Shown piece after piece: positions 10,604 through 21,600 of a stretch of 36,857 nucleotides of DNA. The DNA comes from Macrostomum lignano (taxonomy: Eukaryota): positions 1 through 36,857 of the forward strand of contig NIVC01003283.1 in NCBI GenBank assembly GCA_002269645.1, in the 5' to 3' direction. The translations under genes and the position numbers were made by a program. Positions within the stretch are counted from its first letter, which is position 1, and each line of letters starts with the position of its first letter. Below the pieces are notes generated by a model. The model saw only the letters and a program-made list of their open reading frames with translations, was not told the origin of the DNA and searched no databases.

Positions 10604-11290
10604 ATGGACGTCCTGGCGAGCCTAGATAGAATTTTAATCAAGCAGAAGAAGGAACTACTCGAAGTTGTCTCCTCGTTCGAGACCAACAACCAATACGAGA
10701 TCCGCGAACCCAACGGTCGGCCGTTCCTCACTGCTCAGGAGGACACGTCCTGTTGCAGTCGGCAGTTTTGTGGCAAGGACCGGCCGTTTGTAATCAACAT
10801 CTTCGACTACCAAGGCGTGCCGCAGATCCGGATCACTCGCGAGTACAAAGTGAACTGCTTCTGCCAGGGCTGCAGCTGCTGCAGCTGCTGCAAAGACCGA
10901 ATCCAAGTGGAATGCCCGGTAGACCGCTGTGTGGGCTTCGTCACGCAGGAATGCGCTTTTTGCAGCATCAGCTACGGAGTCTTCGACGCCCAGCACGAAT
11001 GTTCATTTCACATCAAGGGTCCCAGTTACTGCATGTGCACCTGCCCATGCTCCGATAAAGTTTTCAGCCTACAGACACCGGACAGGTCCACCGAGGTTGG
11101 CCAGCTGAAAAAAGTCTGGGGCGGCCTGCTCACGGAGATGATGACGGACGCTGACAGCTTTGAGCTGCTGGTGCCGGCGCAAATGCCAGTTGATCAGAAA
11201 GCCGTTCTGCTGGGCGCGGCATTTCTAATTGACTTCATGTTCTTTGAGGACAACGCTGGCAAGTCAAAGAATGACTTCCATAGCTCATAG
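10604..11290 (+). CDS. Phospholipid scramblase (PLSCR family), paralog 1, intronless, 228 aa
   Basis: ILIKQKKELLE...FETNNQYEI, R.FCG..RPF, Cys cluster CFCQGCSCCSCC, K.WGG...E..TDADSF, KA.LLGA.FLIDFMFFE. Likely start MDVLASLD at 10604. Confidence 0.92.
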   Translation: MDVLASLDRILIKQKKELLEVVSSFETNNQYEIREPNGRPFLTAQEDTSCCSRQFCGKDRPFVINIFDYQGVPQIRITREYKVNCFCQGCSCCSCCKDRIQVECPVDRCVGFVTQECAFCSISYGVFDAQHECSFHIKGPSYCMCTCPCSDKVFSLQTPDRSTEVGQLKKVWGGLLTEMMTDADSFELLVPAQMPVDQKAVLLGAAFLIDFMFFEDNAGKSKNDFHSS

Positions 11291-11827
11291 TAATTAGTAA
11301 TTCTAATGACAATATAAACGTAATGAGATGAGTTTATGTTTCAGCAAACCCTGTCCCATACAGACGGCAAGCATTACTGCTTGAACTTTATCTAACCCGA
11401 TCATTGTGAACGCCACTCACTAACTTACTTTTGCAGAAGTTGTTAATAAAGATGTGAAGCGAATATCTTTCGACCATAGACTAATTGTGAGACAGCATTA
11501 GCTGTTGATTTTGTTGATTCCTAAGTGTCGGGAGTTGAGAATATTAATATTTAATGGTTGTTTTGTACCATGGCAGTCAAGTGTTACCAGAAGTTTTGTC
11601 ATCGCTGAAGCCCGCGCTGCGTCTCTGCTGTACCTGCCTGATTGACTAGCCGAAGGTAAGCGTTAGGGAAGGCTGCAGTTGTGCATATCTGTCAGATAGA
11701 AGGCTCATAGGTATAGCAAGTTTTACATCACTTTTACAGTCACTTTTTGGGGCTCAGGATGAATTGATTGGGTTTCAGGAGTTGTTGAATTAATAGATTG
11801 ACTGACTTAAATACATTTCACGTTTAC

Positions 11828-12316
11828 AGCGATCGGGTTCAGGTTCACAGGAATAGAGTTCAGGTGTACGGGAAAAGGGTTCTGGTTCACGGGAATCGGG
11901 TTCAGATTTACAGGACGATTATGGTTCATGGGAATCGAGTTTAGGTTCACAGGAATCGGGTTCATGTTCACGAGAACCGGGTTCAGGTTCACGAGAATAG
12001 GGCTCTGGTTCACGGGAATCGGGTTTAGGTTCACGAGAATTGGGCTCTGGTTCACGAGAATTGGGCTCTGGTTCACGGGAATCGGGTTCAGATTTACAGG
12101 ACGATTCTGGTTCATGGGAATTGGGTTCTGGTTAACGGAAATCGGGTTCAGGTTCACGGGAATCGGGTTCTGGTTTACAGGACGATTCTGGTTCACGGGA
12201 ATTGGGTTCTGGTTCACGGTAATCGGGTTCTGCATGGTTCACAGGAATCGAGTTTAAGTTCACGAGAGTAGGGTTCTGGTTCACGGGAATCGGGTTCAGT
12301 TTTAAAACGGGGTTCA
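11828..12316. repeat. 21-bp minisatellite (GGAATCGGGTTCAGGTTCACG) with 18-bp variant units, ~23 copies, between the scramblases
   Basis: Visible periodicity; explains the PIPVNQN and GIGFRFT pseudo-ORFs. Confidence 0.9.
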
Positions 12317-12398
12317 GGCAAGTAAAAGTTGAAGTTTAGGCATTGATATTGACCTTGTACAAAACCATTGTCAGCTTGGCTGGTGGCAGCGGGCCCCA

Positions 12399-13079
12399 AT
12401 GGAAGTGCTCCGCCCTCTGAGCCGAATTCTCATCAGGCAGAAGATCGAACTGCTCGAGATCATCACATCGATTGAGACGAACAATCGGTACGCCATATGC
12501 GACTCAAATGGCCAGCCGGTCCTCATGGCCGAGGAGGACTCGAGCTGCTGCAGCCGGCAGTGCTGCCGCAACGACCGGCCGTTCGTGTTCAACATCATCG
12601 ACCTGCGCGGCATGCCGCAGATTCGCGTCGCCAGACACTACACCTACAACTGGTGCCAGTGCTGCAGCTGCTTGGGCTGCTGCCAGGACAGCATCGACGT
12701 GGAGTGCCCGCCCGGCCACCCCATCGGTTACGTAATCCAGAACGGCGCCTGCTGCAACATCAGTTTCAACGTGTACGACGCCAACCTGCAGCCTGTGATG
12801 TTCCTGCGCGGGCCAAACTACTGCCTGTGCACCTGCCCGGGCACCGTGCACACCTTCAGCGTAATGACCGCCGACCAGACTGTTGAGCTGGGCAAACTGA
12901 GGAAAACCTGGGGCGGCCTGCTCAAAGAGCTGCTCACGGATGCGGACAATTTCGAGCTGCTGGTGCCGCCCGAGATGCCGGATCACCACAAAGGGCTGCT
13001 AATCGGCGCAACCCTGCTGATCGACTTCATGTTCTTCGAGGACAATGACGCAAAGTCCAATGGAATGCGAATATTTTGA
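12399..13079 (+). CDS. Phospholipid scramblase (PLSCR family), paralog 2, intronless, 226 aa
   Basis: ILIRQKIELLE...IETNNRY, RQCCRNDRPF, WCQCCSCLGCC, K.WGG...ELLTDADNF, LLIGATLLIDFMFFE. Confidence 0.93.
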   Translation: MEVLRPLSRILIRQKIELLEIITSIETNNRYAICDSNGQPVLMAEEDSSCCSRQCCRNDRPFVFNIIDLRGMPQIRVARHYTYNWCQCCSCLGCCQDSIDVECPPGHPIGYVIQNGACCNISFNVYDANLQPVMFLRGPNYCLCTCPGTVHTFSVMTADQTVELGKLRKTWGGLLKELLTDADNFELLVPPEMPDHHKGLLIGATLLIDFMFFEDNDAKSNGMRIF

Positions 13080-13203
13080 TGCAGATCGGAACTCCCTTCC
13101 ATTGTTTGTTTCATTTTTCATGGACAGTTTTGTCGACTCTCTGGTTGGATGCCAGATTGCATTTATAAAATGTATTATTTTTCAATTGTCTTTGGCTGGC
13201 TTT

Positions 13204-13558
13204 TTACTTAGAGGCAGAGGGCTGTGTGCACCTGGGCTCACTTTAAGCGACATTGTGACACATCCGGCGAGAGGCATTGCTGCCCATTCCGCCGACTCCC
13301 CTGAGCAGACACACAAGCGCTCGGATACGTACGCAGGCACACACTCACACAGGAGTGTAGAGCGGCCCTAACTTTATTTATCGTTAGGCTTGTACACTTC
13401 ACTGCGCCTTGGGGGTTGGGCCGCAGGGCATTAATTGCACAAGCAGAGCCAAGCCGAGATTCCAATTCAGCCCCAAATTAATGTGACTGCACTTGGAATC
13501 GAGCCTGGGCCGCTGGCACAGCAGAGCACCGCGCGAGACCACTGGGCTACGGAACCCC
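13204..13558 (-). mobile_element. tRNA-derived SINE, 355 bp, with 12-bp target-site duplication
   Basis: A-box-like TAGCCCAGTGG (13549-13539) and B-box-like GGCTCGATTCC (13505-13495). Short A tail. Identical flanks TTGGCTGGCTTT at 13192-13203 and 13559-13570. Confidence 0.8.
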
Positions 13559-13696
13559 TTGGCTGGCTTTGCATGCTCTCAATATGGGGAAAGACAAATG
13601 TTTGCTGCTGTTCTGTTTCTCTGTATTGCCCGGAATCACCTGAATCTCCTGGGACTGGGGCTGTCCGCTTTTCACCAAGGACAATTTAAGTAGAAA

Positions 13697-14349
13697 GACG
13701 CAACACTCGGAATCTATGGTAAATGTTTTGAAGGCAACTTTTCGCCGAAAAATACACTGCAGAGATAGAAGGTTTTATTTTTTTCAGCACAAAAATTGTT
13801 TTTGCTTTTGATAGGAGGCAGATCCTGTGTTCATCTTTTGATATGTTGTGCCTTTCTTATTGCTCTATCGATATTCATAAAGCTTTTCGTTCAGAAATAG
13901 TTTTAAAGGCGGGTTTCACCGGAAAAATACACTACGGAGATAGGAAATTTCACGATTTTCAACACTAAACACAGTGATTGGGTCTCTTAACAGCGTCAGA
14001 GAAAGTTCTAATCACACTATTTTGTGCCTCACATGCTGCTCTAACGACGTATTAATCGATTTTTCATGTTAAATTGGTCTTGTCATTGTTTCAAACGTTC
14101 TTCTATCTCCGTAGTGTATTTTTCCGGCGAAACCCGCCTTTAAAACTATTTCTGAACGAAAAGCTTTATGAATATCGATAGAGCAATAAGAAAGGCACAA
14201 CATATCAAAAGATGAACACAGGATCTGCCTCCTATCAAAAGCAAAAACAATTTTTGTGCTGAAAAAAATAAAACCTCCTATCTCTGTAGTGTATTTTTCG
14301 GTGAAAAGTTGCCTTCAAAACATTTACCATAGATTTCGAGTGTAGCGTC
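13697..14349. mobile_element. Foldback/MITE-like element: ~246-bp inverted arms (13697-13942, 14103-14349) around a 160-bp spacer
   Basis: Arms are near-perfect reverse complements. Each arm carries two copies of CCG(G)AAAAATACACT(G/A)C(A/G)GAGATAG. No TSD identified. Confidence 0.75.
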
Positions 14350-14399
14350 CTATATATATGTTTCTTGAGTAGTCCTTGCTCTTCACTACTAGGAAGGCA

Positions 14400-14530
14400 G
14401 GTGCTGTTGATCATGATGTTGTTTTCGTTATTGTTGTTAAGGATGATGTCGTTGTTGTTCGAATGTTGTTGATATTGTTGATGATAAGGATATATTGCTG
14501 TTGTTGTTGTTGTTGCTTTTGAAGTTGTTG
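14400..14530. repeat. Degenerate (TTG)n/(ATG)n low-complexity tract
   Basis: gttgttgttgtt and gatgttgtt runs. Confidence 0.6.
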
Positions 14531-15194
14531 CTTCTATTGTTTTAGATAGACAAGATGGTATCAAGGAGACTGAAAAGACGTCTTCCATAATCATATCTTT
14601 CTAAATTAAGTAGGTCGAAAAAGTAGGTAATTTTTCGCGTTTATTTGCTCATCAAAAAAGTTGTGTATGAATATATTTGAAATAAAAATTGCAATATAAA
14701 AAATTTGCAGAGCGAGAAATAGAAGGGTATATTAAATTTATTCAATTAGAAAGTACAGGAAACATTGATAAATTTCTTCAAGTTGATATAGATTCTCCTT
14801 CATATTTTAATATTTCAGGATAAAATATGGAGATTAAGAATTTTACGGCGATTGAATAAAATCGAAAAACATAGCATTCCATGTCAATAAATTAATAAAT
14901 AATTCAAATTTGTTGGCGCGCCTTTATTTGCTAATATTTAATTTCGACATGCATTTCATTTTCAACGGTAAATGATAGCGTACAAAATCCCAATACTAAA
15001 AAACTACTTTCCTATGCTTCTTGTGGAGGATCAGCCCGGACTTAGTAAACTCATAAATATTAATGGCATTGTTTGACAGTTACTTAAGTGGGATCTGAGG
15101 CGGTGGAATTTCAGTCGGAATACGAAAGAATTCCGACTAGGAAATTCCAACTGAAAGGTGCGGGGAAATCCTGGAGGATTGGGAATCAGCAGAG

Positions 15195-15420
15195 GGGTAA
15201 CCCCTACCCCACATGGAATCCCTACCCCAAGGGGAATCCCTACCCCATGGGGAATCCCTACCCCATGGGAAATCCATACCCCAAGGGGAATCCCTACCCC
15301 AAGGGGAATCCCTACCCCATGGGGAATCCCTACCCCATGGGAAATCCCTACCCCAAGGGGAATCCCTACCCCAAGGGGAATCCCTACCCCAAGGGGAATC
15401 CCTACCCCAAAGGGAAATCC
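15195..15420. repeat. 18-bp minisatellite (GGGAATCCCTACCCCAAG), ~12 copies, downstream of the CAP gene
   Basis: Visible 18-bp periodicity; explains the GNPYPK and GIPLGV pseudo-ORFs. Confidence 0.92.
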
Positions 15421-15648
15421 CCATCTAAAAAGAGACTCCTTGGCCAAAAAAGAAATGTTTGTCTATTAATCTAATCTAATCTAATAAAAGAGGAATCCCT
15501 ACCTTAAAAAGTGAGTCCGTTATACTAAAACGTGGAATCCCGAAGGGGAACACAAGATGAGAATCCCCTCACAGGACGAATGATGAGCAGGTGAGGAGGC
15601 TCTCCTTTCAGCAACACCATCTTGTCTCAGTTTCAGTTTCAAGTTTAC

Positions 15649-18600
15649 TTAAAGCAGAGCAAAATTGCCAACCAGCTCGGCAGCTGGCCCCAGAATCATC
15701 ATCGAAGGCATCAGCAGCAGAAGCAGCAGTAGCAGCAGCAGTTCGCCATCGAAACCGCTGCGACCGCATCCGTTGGAGGCTCCGTCAATGATTTCTTCCA
15801 CATTGTACTTGACGTAGCTGTTATAGGTGACGGCGGACCGCACCGTGACACCGCAGCAGCTGCTAAGATTGCCGCTGACCGTGCTGTTGAACTGTTGGAT
15901 AGCGGACTGCAGAACAGACTGGGCCACCATGGCTTGCAGAGCTGCGAGGTGGCGTGAATGAGGAGGATATTGGGGCCTGATTTTGGGGGGGTGTTATTAA
16001 GGAGAGAAGATACTTGATTAGGGAGAGGAGATACCCCAGTAGGGAGAAAGGATACCCGATTAGAGAGGGGGATACCCGATTAGGGAGGGGGATACCCGAT
16101 TAGGGAGAGGGGGATACCCGATTAGGGAGGGGGATACCCGATTAGGGAGAGAAGATACCCGATTAGGGAGAGGAGATACCCTAGTAGGGAGAGGGGATAC
16201 CCGATTAGGGAGAGGGGATACCCTAGTAGGGAGAGGAGATACCCGATTAGGGAGAGAAGATACCCGATTAGGGAGAGGGGATACCCGATTAGGGAGGGGG
16301 GATACCCGATTAGGGAGGGGGGATACCCGATTAGGGAGGGGGATACCCGATTAGGGAGGGGGGATACCCGATTAGGGAGAGGGGATACCCTAGTAGGGAG
16401 AGGAGATACCCGATTAGGGAGAGAAGATACCCGATTAGGGAGAGGGGATACCCGATTAGGGAGGGGGGATACCCGATTAGGGAGGGGGATACCCGATTAG
16501 GGAGGGGGGATACCCGATTAGGGAGGGGGGATACCCGATTAGGGAGGGGGGATACCCGATTAGGGAGAGGGGATACCCTAGTAGGGAGAGGAGATACCCG
16601 ATTAGGGAGAGAAGATACCCGATTAGGGAGGGGGGATACCCGATTAGGGAGGGGGGATACCCGATTAGGGAGGGGGGATACCCGATTAGGGAGGGGGATA
16701 CCCGATTAGGGAGGGGGGATACCCGATTAAGGAGAGTGGATACCCGATTAAGGAGAGGGGATATCCGATTAGGCAGGGTATTAGCTTGAGCCAGCTCACT
16801 CACTGGACCTTCTCCGCCTGGCCGCAGGGCACAGGGTGTTCGCAGTCGAGCTGGAGTTCGCGTACACAACCACGCCGAGAAGCCCGACATCGTCGGTGAA
16901 CATGTCCTCGTTGTCAAGGTAGCCAACGTCAGCATCGGCAATCAGCTTCTTGTCCGCCGACGGGGTCTGGCGAGCGGCGGACGGGCAGCAGAGGGCGAAG
17001 TTGGCCTCGCTGGCTGTGCAGAAGGCGTTGATGGCCTGGGCCACGGCCGGGCGAAGGCGGGACCAGATGGAGGTCTTGAACTGCCGCGGTTTTCCAATAC
17101 GGGATGCGGGTCGTTTTAACAATATGGTTTTAAAACTTCATCGTGAGAAAGTTGAGAAAGTTGTGGCTGCTGTACACCCGGTGGGTGCGAACTTCAGAAC
17201 TTTCTAAAATCGGTTTTTTCCATAGACAGGCTCGGTGAAATAATTTGTCTTGGAAAAAATCTCACCATAGTCCTGGTCACGGGCACCTGCAGACACCGGT
17301 CGAAGGCGCAGAACTGCTCGGCTATGATGCTCAGCCGCATTCCGTTCAGGTAGAACTGCCTGTACACCTGGCACCTGGGGCCGACGAACGTTGCCGGGCA
17401 CTGACAGGCACAGCTGGCCCCCTTGAGGTCCGTGCCACCGTTCAGGCATGGCGTGGTGAGGTTGCTGCACACCGAGCATGTCGACTTGGAGTCGGCCACT
17501 CGGTCTGAAACGCATGTCAGAGGTTCTTATGCTTAATGGTCCTTGGTGGACTCTTGGGGAATGTCTTGGTGGACTCTTCAGGAATGTCTTGGTGGACTCT
17601 TGGGGAATGTCTTGGTGGACTCTTGGGGAATGTCTTGGTGGACTCTTGGGGAATGTCTTGGTGGACTCTTGGGGAATGTCTTGGTGGACTCTTGGGGAAT
17701 GTCTTGGTGGACTCTTCGGGAATGTCTTGGTGGACTCTTCGGGAATGTCTTGGTGGACTCTTCGGGAATGTCTTGGTGGACTCTTCGGGAATGTCTTGGT
17801 GGACTCTTCGGGAATGTCTTGGTGGACTCTTCGGGAATGTCTTGGTGGACTCTTCGGGAATGTCTTGGTGGACTCTTCGGGAATGTCTTGGTGGACTCTT
17901 CGGGAATGTCTTGGTGGACTCTTCGGGAATGTCTTGGTGGACTCTTCAGGAATGTCTTGGTGGACTCTTCGGGAATGTCTTGGTGGACTCTTCGGGAATG
18001 TCTTGGTGGACTCTTCGGGAATGTCTTGGTGGACTCGTCGGGAATTTCGTGGTGGACTCTTATGGAATGTCTTGGTGGACTCTTATGGAATGTCTTGGTG
18101 GACTATTAGGGAATGTCTTAGTCGACTCTTAGTTTATTGGGTTATCAGGAAAGTTTATTGGGTTTTTCAGGATAGTTTAGTTGATTGTCTTGATATCTTA
18201 TCCGTGATAATCCAGCGGATTTTCGGGGCTGTGCGCAGGCAGCTCACTTTCGCAATAGGCCCCAGTACCGATGCCGGAGGCGCACTTGCAGTAGCAGTCG
18301 AGAGATCCTGGGATTGACTGACTGACTCCGCAGTTTGAGCAGTTCAGCTTGCACTCTGCGATGCGATGTCGGAGGAGTGAAAATCATACGTGGCGTGTGA
18401 TTAATAATCATCTCGGAAGAATGACTCACCTGTGCTAGAAACTTTGGCGCCAGGATTGTATGCCTGCACATCCGACTGGGAGACAATGCTGCTGTTCACG
18501 CACATGCCGTTCAGGCACAGGCCTCGGTATGAGGGGCATCTGATGGGATGTTTGGGGATTCTTGTAGATGTTTGGTGATTCTTGTGGGTGTTTGGTGCTT

Positions 18601-21600
18601 CTTGTAGGTGCTTGGTGATTATTTTGGATGTTTGGTGGTTCTTGTAGGTGTTTGGTGATTCTTAGGGGTGTTTGGTGATTCTTGTAGGTGTTTGGTGATT
18701 CTTATGGGTGTTTGGTGATTCTTGTAGGTGTTTGGTGATTCTTATGGGTGTTTGGTGATTCTTGTAGGTGTTTGGTGATTCTTATGGGTGTTTAGTGATT
18801 CTTGTAGGTGTTTGGTGATTCTTGGGGGTGTTTGGTGATTCTTGTGGGTGTTTGGTGCTTCTTGTAGGTGCTTGGTGATTATTTTGGATGTTTGGTGGTT
18901 CTTGTAGGTGTTTGGTGATTCTTAGGGGTGTTTGGTGATTCTTGTAGGTGTTTGGTGATTCTTATGGGTGTTTGGTGATTCTTGTAGGTGTTTGGTGATT
19001 CTTATGAGTGTTTGGTGATTCTTGTAGGTGTTTGGTGATTCTTATGGGTGTTTAGTGATTCTTGTAGGTGTTTGGTGATTCTTGGGGGTGTTTGGTGATT
19101 CTTGTGGGTGTTTGGTGCTTCTTGTAGGTGCTTGGTGATTATTTTGGATGTTTGGTGCTTCTTGTAGGTGTTTGGTGATTCTTAGGGGTGTTTGGTGATT
19201 CTTATAGGTGTTTGGTGATTCTTGTAGGTGCTTGGTGATTCTTGTGGGTGTTTGGTGATTCTTGTAGGTGTTTGGTGATTCTTGTGGGTGTTTGGTGATT
19301 CTTGTAGGTGTTTGGTGATTCTTGTGGGTGTTTGGTGATTCTTGTTGGTGTTTGGTGATTCTTGTGGGTGTTTGGTGATTCTTAGGGGTGTTTGGTGCTT
19401 CTTGTAGGTGTTTGGTGATTCTTAGGGGTGTTTGGTGCTTCTTGTAGGTGTTTGGTGATTCTTAGGGGTGTTTGGTGATTCTTGTAGGTGTTTGGTGATT
19501 CTGGGGTGTTTGGAGTCTTTTAAGGTCTCTGTGAATCTGAGGGTTCTGCGTAGCTTGTGACTCACTTGGAGCAGGCGGAGCCTCCCGATGTGTACACCTT
19601 GCTCCCGGAGCTGTACTCGCAAAACACCAAATTGCTGCCCGAACAGACGTAGTGACCGCAGCCAACCTCAAGCACGCCGTCACTGATGAGCTGTTTATAG
19701 TGGCCACAGGTGGTCAGCTTCCCTGCAGGGTTGCAGGAGGCCGCGGTGTAGTTATAAATGGCCTTCTCAATGTGCCAGGCCAGAGTGATCTCGCTGACGT
19801 TGGTCCGGTAGCCCATGTAGATGTTCTCCCCCAGGCCCTCGTAGTCCCCGCCGTAATAGTGCTCAAATTTGCACTTCTCCGATGCCGCCTGGGCCAGCGA
19901 CTCCAGGCGAGTGTTCCACGTCTGCGCGCGGGGGTAGGAGGCAGGAATGCTACAAGTGACACAAGCTACAAGTGACACCAGCTACAAGTGATACAAGCTA
20001 CAACTGACACGAGCTACAAGTGACACGAGCTACAAGTGACACGAGCTACAAGTGACACAAGCTACAGGTGACACAAGCTACAAGTGACACAAGCTACAAA
20101 TGACACAAGCTACAGGTGACACGAGCTACAAGTGACACAAGCTACAAATGACACAAGCTACAAGTGACACAAGCTACAAGTGACACAAGCTACAACTGAC
20201 ACAAGCTACAAGTGATACAAACTACAAGTGACACGAGCTACAAGTGACACAAGCTACAAGTGACACGAGCTACAAGTGACACAAGCTACAAGTGACACAA
20301 GCTACAAGTGACACAAGCTACAAATGACACAAGCTACAAGTGACACGAGCTACAAGTGACACAAGCTACAAGTGACACGAGCTACAAGTGACACGAGCTA
20401 CAAGTGACACGAGCTACAAGTGACACAAGCTACAAGTGACACAAGCTACAAGTGACACAAGCTACAAGTGACACAAACTAAAAGTGACACAAATGACACA
20501 AGCTACAACTGACATAAATGACACAAGCTACAAGTGACACAAGCTACAAGTGACACAAGCTACAAGTGACACAAACTACAAGTGACACAAGCTACAAGTG
20601 ACACAAACTAAAAGTGACACAAATGACACAAGCTACAACTGACATAAATGACACAAGCTACAAGTGACACAAGCTACAACTGACACAAGCTACAAGTGAC
20701 ACAAACTACAAGTGACACAAGCTACAAGTGACACAAACTAAAAGTGACACAAATGACACAAGCTACAACTGACATACTGTAAATGACACAAACTAAAAGT
20801 GACACAAGCTACAAGTGACACGAGCTACAAGTGACACGAGCTACAAGTGACACAAGCTACAAGTGACACAAGCTACAAGTGACACGAGCTACAAGTGACA
20901 CGAGCTACAAGTGACACAAGCTACAAGTGACACAAGCTACAAGTGACACAAGCTACAAATGACACGAGCTACAAGTGACACGAGCTACAAGTGACACAAG
21001 CTACAACTGACACAAGCTACAAGTGACACGAGCTACAAGTGACACGAGCTACAAGTGACACAAGCTACAAGTGACACAAGCTACAAATGACACAAGCTAC
21101 AAGTGACACGAGCTAAAAGTGACACAAGCTACAAATGACACAAGCTACAAGTGACATAAGCTACAAATGACACAAGCTACAAATGACACAAGCTACAAGT
21201 GACACGAGCTACAAGTGACACGAGCTACAAGTGACACAAGCTACAAGTGACACAAGCTACAAGTGACACAAACTAAAAGGGACACAAGCTACAAATGACA
21301 CAAGCTACAAGTGACACAAGCTACAAGTGACACAAGCTACAAGTGACACAAGCTACAAGTGACACAAGCTACAAGTGACACAAACTAAAAGTGGCACAAG
21401 CTACAAATCACAAGTCTTTAAGTTGCAACTAATTCAGTAAGCTCTCTTGAAATTCACTCTGAAATTACCAAAAAGTTCATCTTGGTAGCCCTGGGATACA
21501 CGGCCTCCCTCAGCCGGTTGTGGATGTTCACAAACTCTGTCTTCTGGCTCGCGCTCAGGGCGGCGTTGACATTCGCGGGCAGCAGCAGAAGAGGTAGCAG

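Noticed and set aside
11807-12257. ORFs with PIPVNQN / GIGFRFT repeats
   Set aside because: By-products of a 21-bp minisatellite open on both strands; no link to either scramblase frame.
13485-13558. tRNA gene
   Set aside because: T-stem and acceptor stem do not pair; it is the head of a TSD-flanked SINE.
14235-14594. 119-aa T/Q/N-rich ORF
   Set aside because: Made of a trinucleotide low-complexity tract plus one arm of the inverted repeat.
15031-15474. Five overlapping repeat ORFs (GNPYPK etc.)
   Set aside because: An 18-bp array open in most frames; no splice or domain support.
17478-18317. Three long plus-strand ORFs up to 279 aa
   Set aside because: A stop-free 23-bp repeat inside an intron of the minus-strand CAP gene.
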